NCBI RefSeq assembly: GCF_006345805.1
Contig: NC_043002.1
Coordinates: 114,576,001-114,640,000 of the forward strand
Source: Octopus sinensis
Taxonomy: Eukaryota
Reading direction: 5' to 3'
Length of the DNA stretch: 64,000 bases
Under the pieces are notes generated by a model. That model was not told where the DNA came from and ran no database searches. It saw only the letters and a list, made by a program, of their open reading frames with translations. How positions within the stretch are numbered: position 1 is the stretch's first letter; the number at the start of each line of letters is the position of its first letter. Positions 37,427 through 50,836 of the stretch are shown here, one piece after another. The position numbers were made by a program, and so were the translations under genes.

Positions 37427-37790
37427 GTTCTAATTTTGGCACAGCCACCAGTTTTTGAAGGGAGACGAAAGACGATTACATCATGACCGGTACATGACTG
37501 GTACTTATTTTATCGACCCCGAAAAGATGAAAGGCAAAGTCGACCTCGCCGGAATGTTAACACGGACGAAAGGCCGTTGAGTATTTTGTTTGGCGTGCTA
37601 ACGATTCTGCCAGCTCGCAACCTTAATATTGCAAATAATAATAGTTTCAATTTTTGGCTCAAGGCCAGCGGTTTTGAGGGAGAAAGTCAGTCAATACCAT
37701 TAACCATAATACTTGACTGGTATTTCTTTCGTCGAATCCCAAATGATGTTAAACAGTTTGTCTAACGTACAAACTATTCTGCCAGCTCAC
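37427..37790 (-). mobile_element. Two tandem diverged SINE B copies
   Basis: TATCGACCCCGAAAAGATGAAAGGCAAAGTCGACC core, and TTCTGCCAGCTC twice. Confidence 0.75.
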
Positions 37791-37889
37791 CAAAATACAT
37801 AATAATAATAATAATAGTATTAATGATAATAATAATAATAATAATAACAATAATAATAATAATAATAATAATAATGATAATAATAATAA

Positions 37890-40260
37890 AATTTGGGCAG
37901 AAGAAAAAACACACAACGAAGAGGCCCCTTGGATTGATATAATAGCTACGGACTTGTACTCCTTAGAGGAGCAAAAGTGGGAGGGTGTCAAGTTAGAAGA
38001 TGTAAGATCTGCTCCCAGGAGATCAAGCAAATGGAAGTCTCCAGGAAAGGACAACATTCCTAACTTCTGGTTAAATGCCTTCCCAGAGAGCTATGAACTG
38101 CTAACAGAACTTTACAATGATGTTTTGTAACACCCTAGAAGGATGCCTGCTTGACTAGTTACTGGTTTAACATTCCTGCTCTCAAAAAGTGAAGAAACAA
38201 ATGAACCAAAAAATTATAGACCTGCTTAACAACAATATATAAAACGCTAACATCTGTCCTGATGGAATATGCCTATAGTTTTTTAATAGACAGCAGCATA
38301 TTCCCTAATGAACAGAAAATATGTCAACGTGGATCCTATGGATGTATTATTATCTTTGATATGATTAAACAATCTTAGAAGATTGTCACAAACGACACAA
38401 AAACTTATCAATAGCCTAGATAGACTATAAAAAGGCTTTTGATAGTCTACCACATAGCTGGATTAAGAAATGCCTGGAAATGTATAAAATAGCACCTACT
38501 CTGTGAAACTTTTTGTCTGTAAGTATGAGATCATGGAGAACCACACTAACTTTGAACAGTGACGATGAATCTCTAAATGCTGGTGATATAAAAATTTCAT
38601 GTGACCTTTTCCAGGGCGACTCACTATCACCACTCCTCTTTTGTTTAGCCTTAATACCTCTCCCAAAATTGCTCAATGACGCACAGTACGGATATAAAAT
38701 GTTGGATAAAAATATAAATCATCTCATTTACATGGATGATTTAAAGCTCTATGCAAAAAATGACCAACAACTCAAGGACTTACTAACGATTGTTAAACAA
38801 TTCAGTGATGACATCAGGATGCAATTTGGCCTCGATAAATGTGCAAAAGCTACCTTTATCAAAGGCAAAATGACAGAAACATCTAACGTTTACCTCGACC
38901 AGCAGAACGTCATAAAAGAGTTACACCCAGCGGAGAGCTACAAGTACCTAGGGGTAATTGAAGGGGACGGAATAAGGCATTCAGTGCTGAAGGAAAGGAT
39001 CAGGAGAGAATGTTATCGCAGAGTAATAGCAATACTCAAGACAGAGCTGAATGCGAGAAACAGGATCGAAGCGATCAATGCTTTAGCCATACCAGTTTCA
39101 ATATCGTTAACTGGTCAATTACTGAAATATGTAATCTTGACAGTAAAATACGAAAACTGTTGACAATGCATAGAATGCACCACCTTAAGGCAGATATAGA
39201 ACGACTTTCTCTGCCAAGAAAAGAGGGAGGCCGTGGACTTTTACAACTGGCAATAACAATGAAGATTGCTACAATTGGCCTTGAGGACTGGATGTTAAAA
39301 CTTGTCTCAAAGAATGAAAACAAGAAAGCATCATACTCAGTAACAAAACAGGCAAAGGAATATCTAAGTGAATTCCAAATACAACAAATTCCAGAATTAG
39401 ACGTACTAGAAACAAGCACAGAAAAGGCTAAGCGTATGAAAACCCGCTCTAAAACTGCTGTCTTAGATATTCTTACTGATAAATGGCAAGAAAAATCTCT
39501 CAACGGCAAATACCCAAAGAGAGCTAATAGTACCGATATTAACAAAGCTTTTATCCCTTAATGGTTAGTGGAGCAGCCCAAGATCAATGCCTACCGACAA
39601 GAAACTACTAGGCCAACATGTCGTGTAGCCCAACATGTCGTGTATGCCAACAAAATGAAACCATTGATCATGTTGTCTCCATGTGCAGTCTTCTTGCGCC
39701 TACAGAGTATCTCAACAGGCATGATAGAGCAACACAATACATTCACTGGGTAATTTGCAAAAACATGGACTTGCCCCATGATAAAAACTGGTCGGAATAC
39801 AAACCGCCTCCAGTGCTCGAAAATGACCACATCTCACTCCTATGGAATTCCACTATTCAAACTGACAGAAAGAGAGATGCGAATAGGCCAGACATCATAT
39901 TGAAAGGCTTCAGACAAAAAACATGCCTCCTCATTGATATGACTGTCCCAATCGATATAATCGTATCTGTCAAGACCTACCAGAAACTGAGCAAATATAA
40001 AGATCTGGAAATAGAAATTGGCAAGATGTGGAACTTCAAGACTAAAACCTGTTGTCATAGGAATGATACCAAAAGGGGCTGATTGCTACCTAGCTCAGAT
40101 ACCAGAAAACCCCAAAATGGCAGAAATTCAAAAGATAGTGCTTATGGGAACCATCCATGTCCTACATAAAATATTGTCTCTGTAATCTCAAATTTTAAAA
40201 CAAACTCATCATTTTCTTATGTTTTCTTATACATCCTCTAGAACAATACTATGTGCAAAA
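37890..40260 (+). mobile_element. R4/Dong-like non-LTR retrotransposon, 5'-truncated and pseudogenised: RT, CCHC finger, restriction-like endonuclease
   Basis: WKSPGKDNIPNFWLN, IDYKKAFDSLPHSWI, FQGDSLSPLLFCLAL, YMDDLKLYA, YKYLG, CRVC..ETIDHVVSMC, RHD, RPDII, LIDMTVP, KLSKYKDL; several stops and frameshifts; stop at 40183-40185; starts directly after (AAT)n at 37800-37888. Confidence 0.93.
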
Positions 40261-40479
40261 CTTCACCCCCCCCCCACTGTGAGATGAAGTTAAAATAATA
40301 GACAGAGAACATCAATGGAAAAAAAGACGAAAACTAAAAGAAGCAGCACATATGCTAGGACATAACAACCTCCTAAGCAGACCGAGTACAAATATGAACA
40401 GCATATGAACCGATATTAAGGAAGGGTAGGAGAATATTAGATTAATAAGCCCTAAAGAATTCACTCCATAATTGCCCGC

Positions 40480-40552
40480 GGGCATATGACGTAGTGTTTA
40501 AGAGTGCGTGTTACTAACCCCAAGATTCCGAGTTCGATTACAGGCAGTGACC
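40480..40552 (+). promoter_or_regulatory. 73-nt tRNA-like Pol III promoter module (pseudo-tRNA, anticodon loop TTACTAA)
   Basis: T8, A14 and G15 in place; A-box-like TGACGTAGTGT; B-box-like GAGTTCGATTAC; stems imperfect, so not a functional tRNA. Confidence 0.7.
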
Positions 40553-40555
40553 TGA

Positions 40556-40556
40556 A

Positions 40557-40602
<46 letters not shown>

Positions 40603-40603
40603 G

Positions 40604-40700
<97 letters not shown>

Positions 40701-40735
40701 TGATAATAATAATAATAATATCAACAACAATAACA
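40556..40735. repeat. (ACT)n then (AAT)n microsatellite between the tRNA-like module and the hammerhead
   Basis: Seen directly. Confidence 0.95.
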
Positions 40736-40784
40736 TCGAAAAAATACCTTAGGAATGAGATACACAGGTTCGAAATTTACCCAA

Positions 40785-40830
40785 GACACCTGATGAAGGA
40801 TGGAGGGTATATCAGCCGAAACGTTGTGTT
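40785..40830 (+). ncRNA. Minimal type I hammerhead ribozyme (PLE-type)
   Basis: GACAC-CTGATGA-A-GGATG(loop)CAGCC-GAAA-CG-TT-GTGTT: stem I GACAC/GTGTT, stem II 4 of 5 bp, palindromic AACGTT in place of stem III, predicted cut after 40825. Confidence 0.72.
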
Positions 40831-40907
40831 AACAACAAACAAGATGAGGACAAATATCCGTCAAATCTAAATAATGTACGTAATTCCTCATATCTTTAAT
40901 ATAGAAC

Positions 40908-42195
40908 AGAAGTTATATGGTTGTCAAGTGGTGAAATAATGACAGCCATTCAACCTCATTTCAGCTATAAATATCTGGGAATATTTGAGGCGGATGGAAT
41001 CAAACACATCGACATGAAAGAAAATACAAAAAGAGAGTACCTGCGGCGAGTGAAATAAATACTGAAAGCTGAATGCCAGAAACATAAATTCGACAATAAA
41101 CTCGAGCCCAGTCGCAGTAGTTTGGTATGGCGCTGGAATCCTGAAGTGGACAGAGGAGGAGCTAAAGGAGATGGACAGGAAGTCAAGAAAGCCCCTAACG
41201 ATGCATGGAGTCCATCACCCATGTGCAGACACTGATCGCCTATACATGAAGATAGCAAATGGAAGAAACGAACTGATAAGTGTCGAGAGCTTAATGATAT
41301 ATCTAGCCCAAATTAAGGAAACCTTACTAGTGACAGTTAGGAACAAGGGAGTATTGAGAGCAGAGAAAAAAGGGAAAACAAAGGAAGAAGTGCAAAAAGG
41401 ACATGAAGAAGAATTATACAAGAAGGGACTAGACAATCAATTCCATGTAGCCACAACAGGAGTTGCTGGAAAAAATAGGTGGGATTGGCTGATGAAAGGA
41501 ACCTAAAAAAGGGACCGAGAGTACTATACTGGCAGTGCAAGACCAAGCTTTGGTCACGAACTGGATTGTCAACCTTAGGAATGAGCTAATTTTTCCCACT
41601 CTCCACTGTGCCGTATCTGCAATAGAGTGGATGAAACCATTGCTCATATCACGAACGAATACCCTAGACTTGCTCAAAACCACTAAAAGTTATGGCGACA
41701 CGACCAGGTAGCGAAAGTGCTACAATGAAAACTGCGCGAAAAGTGGGGACTAAAGAGACGCAGGACGTGGTGTGAGCACAAACCGCAGAGAGTAGCGGAG
41801 TCGGGGACTAGCAAAATCCCAATCCAAACAGATCAGGTGTTAGAGCATAACAAGCGGCTCACAGTGGTGGTGGTGGACGACGCTGCATGCCCCTTTGATT
41901 CACGAATATTCAAGGAGGGCGAAAAAATAGGTAAATACAACTCTCTTAAGTACGAAATAGCCCAGCTATGGAAAATAAAGGTGGAGGTAGTACCAATTAA
42001 TGTTGGGTCCTTGGGAACAGTATCAGAAGGCATCAAGAGGAATATAGAGGAAATTGGAATGAAGTGCCGAGTAGAACTGTTACAAGAGATTTGTCTCCGT
42101 ATTACGACCAGAATAGTCAGGAAAGTATTAGTTAGCTGATAAGAATGCATGCAAGACTCTAAGAGTTCCAACAAAATCTGTGATAAAGATAAATA
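40908..42195 (+). mobile_element. Second, distinct R4/Dong-like LINE 3' portion
   Basis: YKYLGIFEADGIKH, MDRKSRKPLTMHGVHHPCADTDRLY, CRICNRVDETIAHI, RHD, DAACPFD, KIGKYNSLKYEI, VVPINVGSLG; stop at 42137-42139; frameshifted. Confidence 0.9.
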
Positions 42196-43650
42196 ACAAC
42201 CACCGCCGCCGCTGCCACCATCACCACCACCACCACCACCACAACAACAACAACAACAACAACAGCAAACACAAAATGTTTGAGGATATGTGGATATCAA
42301 AAGAATTTGTTAAATAAAATAGTTCTTTTTCCGTATTTCTCGCTTTTATAATACAACAAAACCACAATATTGTCACAGATATTCGAATTGGGATCTGTTC
42401 GTATTTAGAATCAATAGCACAGACCTCGTAACATTCTGAAACAGAAAATTCTTGTATAAATCTATTCCCTTTCTAAGCAAGGAACTCCACGTTTTATTGA
42501 CTCCGAATCCAGGAATCCCTTCATTTCAAGATTTCATTAACTTTGTGAGCTTATTAAATATGATTGAATATCAGGAAACGGTCAAAATTGTTACACTAAC
42601 CAATGAAGAAATGACTGCCACAAGCATATATAATGATTGAGTTTTATGCATCTAATCTAATCGTTAGAAAACCTTGTAAATTTGTCTCAAGCCGTTTGCG
42701 AAACAGCGAAGAAAGGTTGGTTATAAAATGAATCATATGTGATATCACAAGGGAAGTAACAAACCGATTATGTTGCGCATTTATTGGATTGCATCTCAAA
42801 CAGTGTTGCAGGCTAAAGCCTATTTCCGAATATCACGAAGAAACCTGTACAGTTCCTAACTATGTTAATACAATAAAGGTCACCATTATAGCGAAGCCAG
42901 CAGTGCGTTCATTATAACTTTATTAGAACATCAAATTAAGTAGTTGTGCAAGGGCTGTAGAGGCAATATAATAGAAAGACGTGAACATGCTAGCAACCAT
43001 TTTCTAAAAATATGATTTGTTCATTTATCTCGCCTGCATGTAATACACTTATTATTTCATAGATATATCACAATTTATCTTACAATAGGATAACTTTTTT
43101 CACCATATTTTTTTTTTCTTTTTCATCTTGATTTATATGTTTTATATAAAATAAAAGATAATTTTCTTGATTTTTTTTAGTTTCATTGTTAATAGAAAAG
43201 TATTACTTTGCCAGTATTGTTTGAAGTCAAACTAGGAATAAAGACATATTAGATGTTATTAATATATATTTACATACGTCCCGAACTTTATTTTACACTT
43301 GGCCAACTTCTTTCCTAACATTTTATTATTAGAAACACATTTTTCATATTCTTGTTTTGTATCTTTAATATCATTTTTGAAATATTTGCATCGGCGTAGG
43401 GAACTCGTTTCCCGCTGACTAATCCCGAAAGTGTTGCTTGGAGTGAATCTACATAAAGACGTAACGAAGCTTATTGTATGTTAACTGAAAGAAATAGCTC
43501 ACGTCTTAGACTAGCTGTCATCCATTCAAACAAACACCTGGTCGTATTTTAATTGAGCATAGGAAAATTACGAATCTTCACACAAGTTCAACATGTTTTT
43601 GAACACCAATACTAATATTAATCATTTTGATATCAATTTGGCTTCTTCAA

Positions 43651-44088
43651 GGCGGCGAGCTGGCAGAAACGTTAGCATGCTGGGCGAAATGCCTAGCGGT
43701 ATTTTGTCTGCCTTTATGTTCTGCGTTCAAATTCCGCAGAGGTCGAGTTTGCCTTTCATCATTTCGAAGTTGATAAAATTAGTACCAGTTTGATCCCTGA
43801 GGGTCATTTAATCGACCAGACTCTTCCCCTGAAATTTCAGGCCTTGTGTTTATAGTAAAAAAGTTATTAATTCGCGTTCTGGGTGGGCTAGAAGTCAGTA
43901 ACAATACAGTCTGTCTAAATATTAAAGGCAACTCGTCTGTCTTCAGTTCTGAGTTCAAATTCCGCTGACGTCGAATTTGCATTTCATCTTTTTGGGGTCG
44001 AAAAAATAAGTACCATTTGAGCCCTGGGTCACTATCATCGACTAAGCTCCTCCCCTAAAACGTGGGGAACTTGTATTTATAGTAGAAA
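43651..44088 (+). mobile_element. Two tandem SINE B copies
   Basis: Head at 43651; a second core at about 43930; both followed by similar CAGTAACAATAC.GTCTGTCTA flanks, suggesting a local duplication. Confidence 0.8.
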
Positions 44089-44774
44089 GGCCTGGCTGGA
44101 ATTCAGTAACAATACGGTCTGTCTATACATTAAAGACAAAGAATAATTAGTTAAGTATCCAATCAAATGATTGTCAAAGCATTCAACTTGTACCTATTTA
44201 AAACTTATTCAAAACTAACTCACATTTGATATCTTAATATTGGGATAAAATGAAAGGCTGCGTCCAAACCGTGACAAATACAAATAGCTACAGCTTGCCG
44301 CTTAATTATTTTGGCTACTAATGTAATATGTCACCGTATATCATTCGATTAAAGGTAACTAGATGTCGCGCCGTTCTCAGAGGGAAGCAGAGTTATATTA
44401 TATAAGCAAACATATTAATAAACATGAAAATATGATTAGTAAACGATTTTTGGTTAACAGTAACGAACAAAAGGAATAATTACAAGATTCATTGAGGAAC
44501 AGGATTCATATACTACTTTTAAGTGTTAGGACAAAACACGGACTGAATTCGCTCCTCGACGATCGAATATAACTTAATACGATTTCGAACATGACAATGT
44601 CAATAGTAGCCATCTCATCCCGTCTACGACTGTTATTAAATAGCAGAGTATCATTGATGAAATCCAGCTTTACATGCTAAATATAATGATATCAATAACA
44701 AGGGAACTATGACTAATGTGTACTGTCAAGAATCAATAAACTGATGAACAATTTCAATGTGTGTGCGCAGAGCC

Positions 44775-45904
<1,130 letters not shown>

Positions 45905-45984
45905 TAATAAATTTTAGGGTAGCAAAAAAATTCTCCGCTACCAGTGGTCTAGCGAGAAGGAAAAAATAGTCAATAGACTGTATA

Positions 45985-46231
45985 ATATACATTTAAACAC
46001 ATAAGAGATGGCCATAGTAAGACATCTGACTCACTAGAAAGAGCAGTTAAACTCCAAACCACTAATTGTTGTAATTCTGAAATGGAAAGAGAAATAAAAA
46101 CTTTTAGGGTATACGTTTTTATTTCTGTTTCCATTTCAGAATTAAAACTATTAGTGGTTTGGAGTTTAACTGCTCTTTCTAGTGAGTCAGATGTCCTATT
46201 ATGGCCATCTCTTATGAGTTTAAATGTATAT
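45985..46231. repeat. Near-perfect palindrome, ~117-bp arms with a 13-nt loop (MITE-like)
   Basis: 45985-46101 is the reverse complement of 46115-46231 with few mismatches. Confidence 0.92.
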
Positions 46232-47199
46232 ATATATATATTTATATATATATATATGTTTAGAAACTGAATTTTCTTAAACCGTAAGTCTAAGATTTAA
46301 GTTGCTGACCAAGCTAAAGATAGAAAGAGGGAAGCAGAGTTATAATATACAAGCAAATACATTAATAAACATGAAAATATGATTAGTCAACGATTTTTGG
46401 TTACTAGAAAAAAAAAACTTAAAAATACTACGTTAAAAATACTACACATTCACCTTTCACCTATTCAATTTTCACCTGCAGACCTTATATACTCTTGATA
46501 TATTGTGTTTACGTCTCAATACGTATGCCTTTTTGTTTTCTGAATTTTAAGTGTGGAAGTAACACAGAAAATCCTCGAAAGTAACATATGTATGTATTCA
46601 AAAACTCGGAAAGATGACTCACTTCTTTCTCTTCATATATATCTGAACTTTACCGAATGATAATATTACTAATTATGAACCATGTAACATATAGACACAG
46701 CCTAGAGGCTACATACCAAATCTACACCGATTCTATGAATGGAAAACTGGAAAACATATTCCAATGGATATATGCCAATTATGTCCCTTTTGAGACCGAG
46801 GAAACACGGGCGGTTTTCATATAAAGAAAATAGCAAAGCATCACTTCCTCTAAATCAAGAGCACAACGCGATTAGAGCGCCCAAGGCGCATATTAAGGCT
46901 GATTACTATTGAGAATCTCTTCGGGAAAAGCACATCCTTAACATAGCTAGGGACCATATCCCGACAAGCTTTTCTCTTCAGAGTCAAAAGATACTTAACT
47001 TCCCAGCAATCATTGCTACTCTATAGCTCAAGTCGGGCGCGCAAGGGAGCGCTACTCTCACATCTGGGGCGATGCTACTGCGGCGGCACACACAGGTACC
47101 CTTGACCAAATCCAAGAAAGAAGCAGTCCAACTAACCAACATGAAATCAATCATGTAAGCAATGGTTACAGAGGTGAGAATTATTTGAAAGTGGTTGGA

Positions 47200-47720
47200 C
47201 TTAAAGGCGAGAAAAACAGAATGATACTTCAAGTGTTTGTGTTGTAGTCAAGGATGCATATAAGGTGGAGTTTAGTCGATGTAAAGAGTTGAGGTATGTG
47301 AAAGATTTAAGTTTCTGTATGAGCTACGTCAGTATGGGAGGTATGCGAGAATCAAGAAGAGTCGTCAGTTTTGAAGTAGAATGAAATTAGATAACCAATC
47401 TAATTTTGGAAGAGATTGGTAGAAGAGCTTTTAGTTATTGGAAAAAGTTTAAGGAACACGAGAAGAAACACAATTAGTTTGATTAGTGAAGGAAGTAGGC
47501 TCTTAAGTGTAACTGGAAATCATTTTTACTGATATCCATGTAAGAGAGGTGAGTAGCAAGGAGAAGTGAGTCTATATATGCACAGAAACCACCATTTTGA
47601 ATGAAATTTCAAAACTGAATGCAGGCTGGATAGCAACAGTAGACTAATGGATTCAAGAGATGGTGTTCGGGGAGAGGGCTGACGGATTAGGATTTTGAAG
47701 TAGAGTATTAAGTTGTGATG
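47200..47720 (-). mobile_element. Possible decayed LINE AP-endonuclease region
   Basis: Minus strand GGFCAYID resembles the GGVCAYV motif of APE domains; otherwise heavily broken. Confidence 0.35.
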
Positions 47721-48127
47721 GACTGGGCTGAGTATTTGCGGTTGATAATGTTTACAACACTAGCGCTGTTTTAATTCGATATTGAATTTAATCTCATGTG
47801 TCCATCGCTGTGGGATACAAGCAAATGGTCCTTATACTATTTGTATATAGTTATAGACTGGCAATTCGATTCATCTTCGGTTCGATTCAGGTACGTGATC
47901 TTAATGAGCAATAGAAAAAAATATGGCGAAATATCAGTGTCTACCACTCCTGAGTGGTACTGGAAGCGTGTTCTCTCGCTTGTCTATAATTTTCAGGTGC
48001 TTTAACGCCAAGCATATTTGTATATGTATACACACATACATGCCCGCATACATATACACATAACTGTATATGAACATACAAAAATATACGTACATGTAGG
48101 TATATATATCACCTCAATCAATCTATC

Positions 48128-48159
<32 letters not shown>

Positions 48160-48284
48160 TGTATGTATGTATGTATGTATGTATGTATGTATATATGTAT
48201 GTATGTATGTATGTATGTGTGTGTGTGTATACATACATACATACATACATATATACATTCATACATGCATACACACACACACAC

Positions 48285-48755
48285 ATAATGCTCTGATCAA
48301 TAAGTATCCGGACTGAACCGTAACTAATCTGTACACACTCTGATAAATCACAGATGGTGATTCAACGATTTCACCTCAGAGTTGCACGCACATCTCTGAT
48401 GTTTTTCTCAGTTCTGCTTGTTGTCAATATTGACATTTTTTCGGCCATCATGGAAACGTCTGAACCACTCCTGCACTTGTGTGCGTCTCATACATTCCTT
48501 TCTATACACTTACTGCAACTTTGCGTAGGCTTCTGAGCAGGTATCGCCATCACAACTTTCTGTCATGGTCAGTGGGACGATCACACGTTACTGCCAAGCA
48601 CTATTGTAAAACAGCGTAAATGAACTAGAACGTTAAAACTTAGTGCGTATGTACAGCAGAGTTCCGATCAATCTCTGCCCAGCTGATTCACTCTGAGAGC
48701 TTTAACTTCGTTACTATAGCAACAGTCCAGATACTTATTGATCAGACATCATGTA
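48285..48755 (-). mobile_element. Internally deleted mariner transposon
   Basis: Terminal inverted repeats CTGATCAATAAGTATCCGGACTG / CAGTCCAGATACTTATTGATCAG ending in TA; minus-strand remnant DTCSEAYAKLQ*VYRKECMRRTQVQEWFRRFHDGRKNV is a mariner HTH. Confidence 0.88.
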
Positions 48756-48839
48756 CCCATATATGCATATATATATATATATATACACACATGTACATAT
48801 ATGTATGTATATATGCCTATATATATATATTTTAATTAT

Positions 48840-49468
48840 TCAATCTTATGATTGCACGCCACGCATCCATTTCCAAATATGTTTATCTTAATAATTTTGA
48901 TGCGACTCTCCTCTGTACTGTTCTCTCTCTCTCTCCCCTTTCGCTTTGCTCTCTCTTCCTTTCTCTAATTATATTTTCTCCCCTTCTCTCCCTTTCGTTT
49001 TTTTCCCTCTCATCATTACTCTAATACTTTTTCTCCCCTTCGCCGTTTTCTACCTGTCCTCCCCTCTCTCTCTCTCCTCATCTTCCTCCTTTACTCTCTC
49101 GTTGCTCACACGTGACCATCGTCCATTTTTTCCGCACGTGTTTATCTTTCTTTTCTTCCGGTCTGTTGCATAGACCAGACGTATTCTTGTCTGTCTCCTC
49201 TTTTATCTTTTCTCCTGTCAAAGAATGTTGCTCAGCGTTCGCCGCTTTACCCCGTCTAGCATAGCAGCCCTCACTATTTGTTTCACTCTCCTGTCTTTGT
49301 TACCAACTTTGATCCACCGAAAAATCCCAAATTTTATTTTGGTTTGCGGAAGCAACGGTTTTCTCATTGCATATATTGTCGTGAATTGCTCGAAATGTGG
49401 ATTAGATAAACAGCCGACAACTGATGAAGAGTCGTTCTTTATGTTATTTGTCTTGTTTTCCACTTTGT
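48840..49468 (+). mobile_element. PLE-associated terminal repeat family member, opposite in orientation to the adjacent PLE ORF
   Basis: Start ATGATTGCACGCCACGCATCC matches 33720-33741; 49390-49460 matches 32041-32110. Confidence 0.55.
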
Positions 49469-50600
49469 ATTGACTCTTGATGTCAAGAGTGAAGAGAAGT
49501 TTAGAGGGGCCAGGACGGGAGGAGAAAGAGTTGAACAAACGAAGAGTATGGTTGGTGTCATGGATGTAAGAGGGGAGGGAATCCACTAAGGGGGTGCAAG
49601 AACACGGTCAAGATATCTGGAGATGTGTTCGGTGGGGCAGTTGCCAGCGGAGACAATGGGGCGGCCAGGTTAGTTAGGTTTGTGGATTTGGGGGAGGAAG
49701 TAAATTGTGGGGGTGCGAGGGGTGCAGACAATGAGGTTAGAGGCGGTGGGGGAGACGGGAGGAAGAGATACGGTCAAGGATAGTGGAGGACACAGTCTGT
49801 TGGTAGCTGGGCGTGGGATTGGAGGGCAGAGGGCAGTAAAAGGAGGTGTCTTGAAGTTAGAAGAGAGCTTCCGCATTGTAGAGATCCGCGCACCACACCA
49901 CTATCGCTCCACCCTTGTCAGTCGGTTTCATGATGATGTCCGTGCGGCGTCGGAGACATCGAAGGGGCGAGAGTTCGGCTAGGGAGATGTTCAGATGTCG
50001 GGGACACTTGGAAAATTTAAATCGGTCCACAAGCACACTGGCAGGCGCCCGGAAAAAGATCGACTGCTTGAAACTGGCTAGGAGCTGGCGTCCACTGGGA
50101 TGGTTAGCGGCCCAGGTCGGTGAAGCAGTTCTCCTCATTAGATGCAGGTGGAGTGTTGCGGAAAAGCGCACACAACATAACGCGGTGCACAAAGCTGTGG
50201 ATATCGGCTCGATCCGAAATTCGTTGCTGGATGGAGAGAGGGGGATGAAGCACAGACACCACTAAGAAGGGAGCGCTCCGCCTCAGAGACATGAAAATCT
50301 GGAGGAATGGTAGCAATAGACTGAAGTGAAGAAGGGGTGGAGGGTCAGAAGTAGGGGGGTAGCGGGATGGTGGAAGGCTTGGAGGGAGGGGATGAAGGGT
50401 ATGTGTATGGGGGTTGGGAGGGACGGTGAGGTTTGGTGAAGGTGGGAGGAGCGTATCAGAGAGGGAGGGGAGTAGGGAAGAGTTGCAGTAGTGGCATCGG
50501 CTGTGATGGAATGGAGGAATGAGTGGAGTTTACGTTGTTTGGTGAGAGCGAGAAATTGATGAAAGAGAAGATCTAAATGAATTATGTAATGCAGAATTTG
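49469..50600 (-). mobile_element. Penelope-like retroelement ORF (N-terminus and first half of RT), pseudogenised
   Basis: DIIMKPTDKGGAIVVW (PLE DKG motif), TPTIYFLPQIHKPN*PGRPIVSAGNCPTEHISRYLD, LPSYIHDTNH, LFTLDIKS; truncated after RT motif A. Confidence 0.9.
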
Positions 50601-50722
50601 CATGGGGGGGGGGGCGACTGAGAGGAGAAGAAGATGGGAAAAGCAGGAAGGAGAATGGATGATGAGTATTTTGGAGAGATTAGAACGAATGGTGACGCGA
50701 CTATATATACATACATACATAC

Positions 50723-50756
<34 letters not shown>

Positions 50757-50784
50757 GTATGTATGTATGTATTATATATATATA

Positions 50785-50836
<52 letters not shown>

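Larger units (their letters stand above)
40262..40907 (+). mobile_element. 5'-truncated PLE: GIY-YIG C-terminus plus terminal region containing tRNA-like and hammerhead motifs
   Basis: 40277-40445 reads L*DEVKIIDREHQWKKRRKLKEAAHMLGHNNLLSRPSTNMNSI/PILRKGRRILD*, matching the W..KI...E..W..R..KEA motif that ends PLE GIY-YIG domains. Confidence 0.78.

Noticed and set aside
38513-39163. 216-aa RT ORF as an active or domesticated gene
   Set aside because: It is one segment of a LINE broken by stops and frameshifts on both sides.
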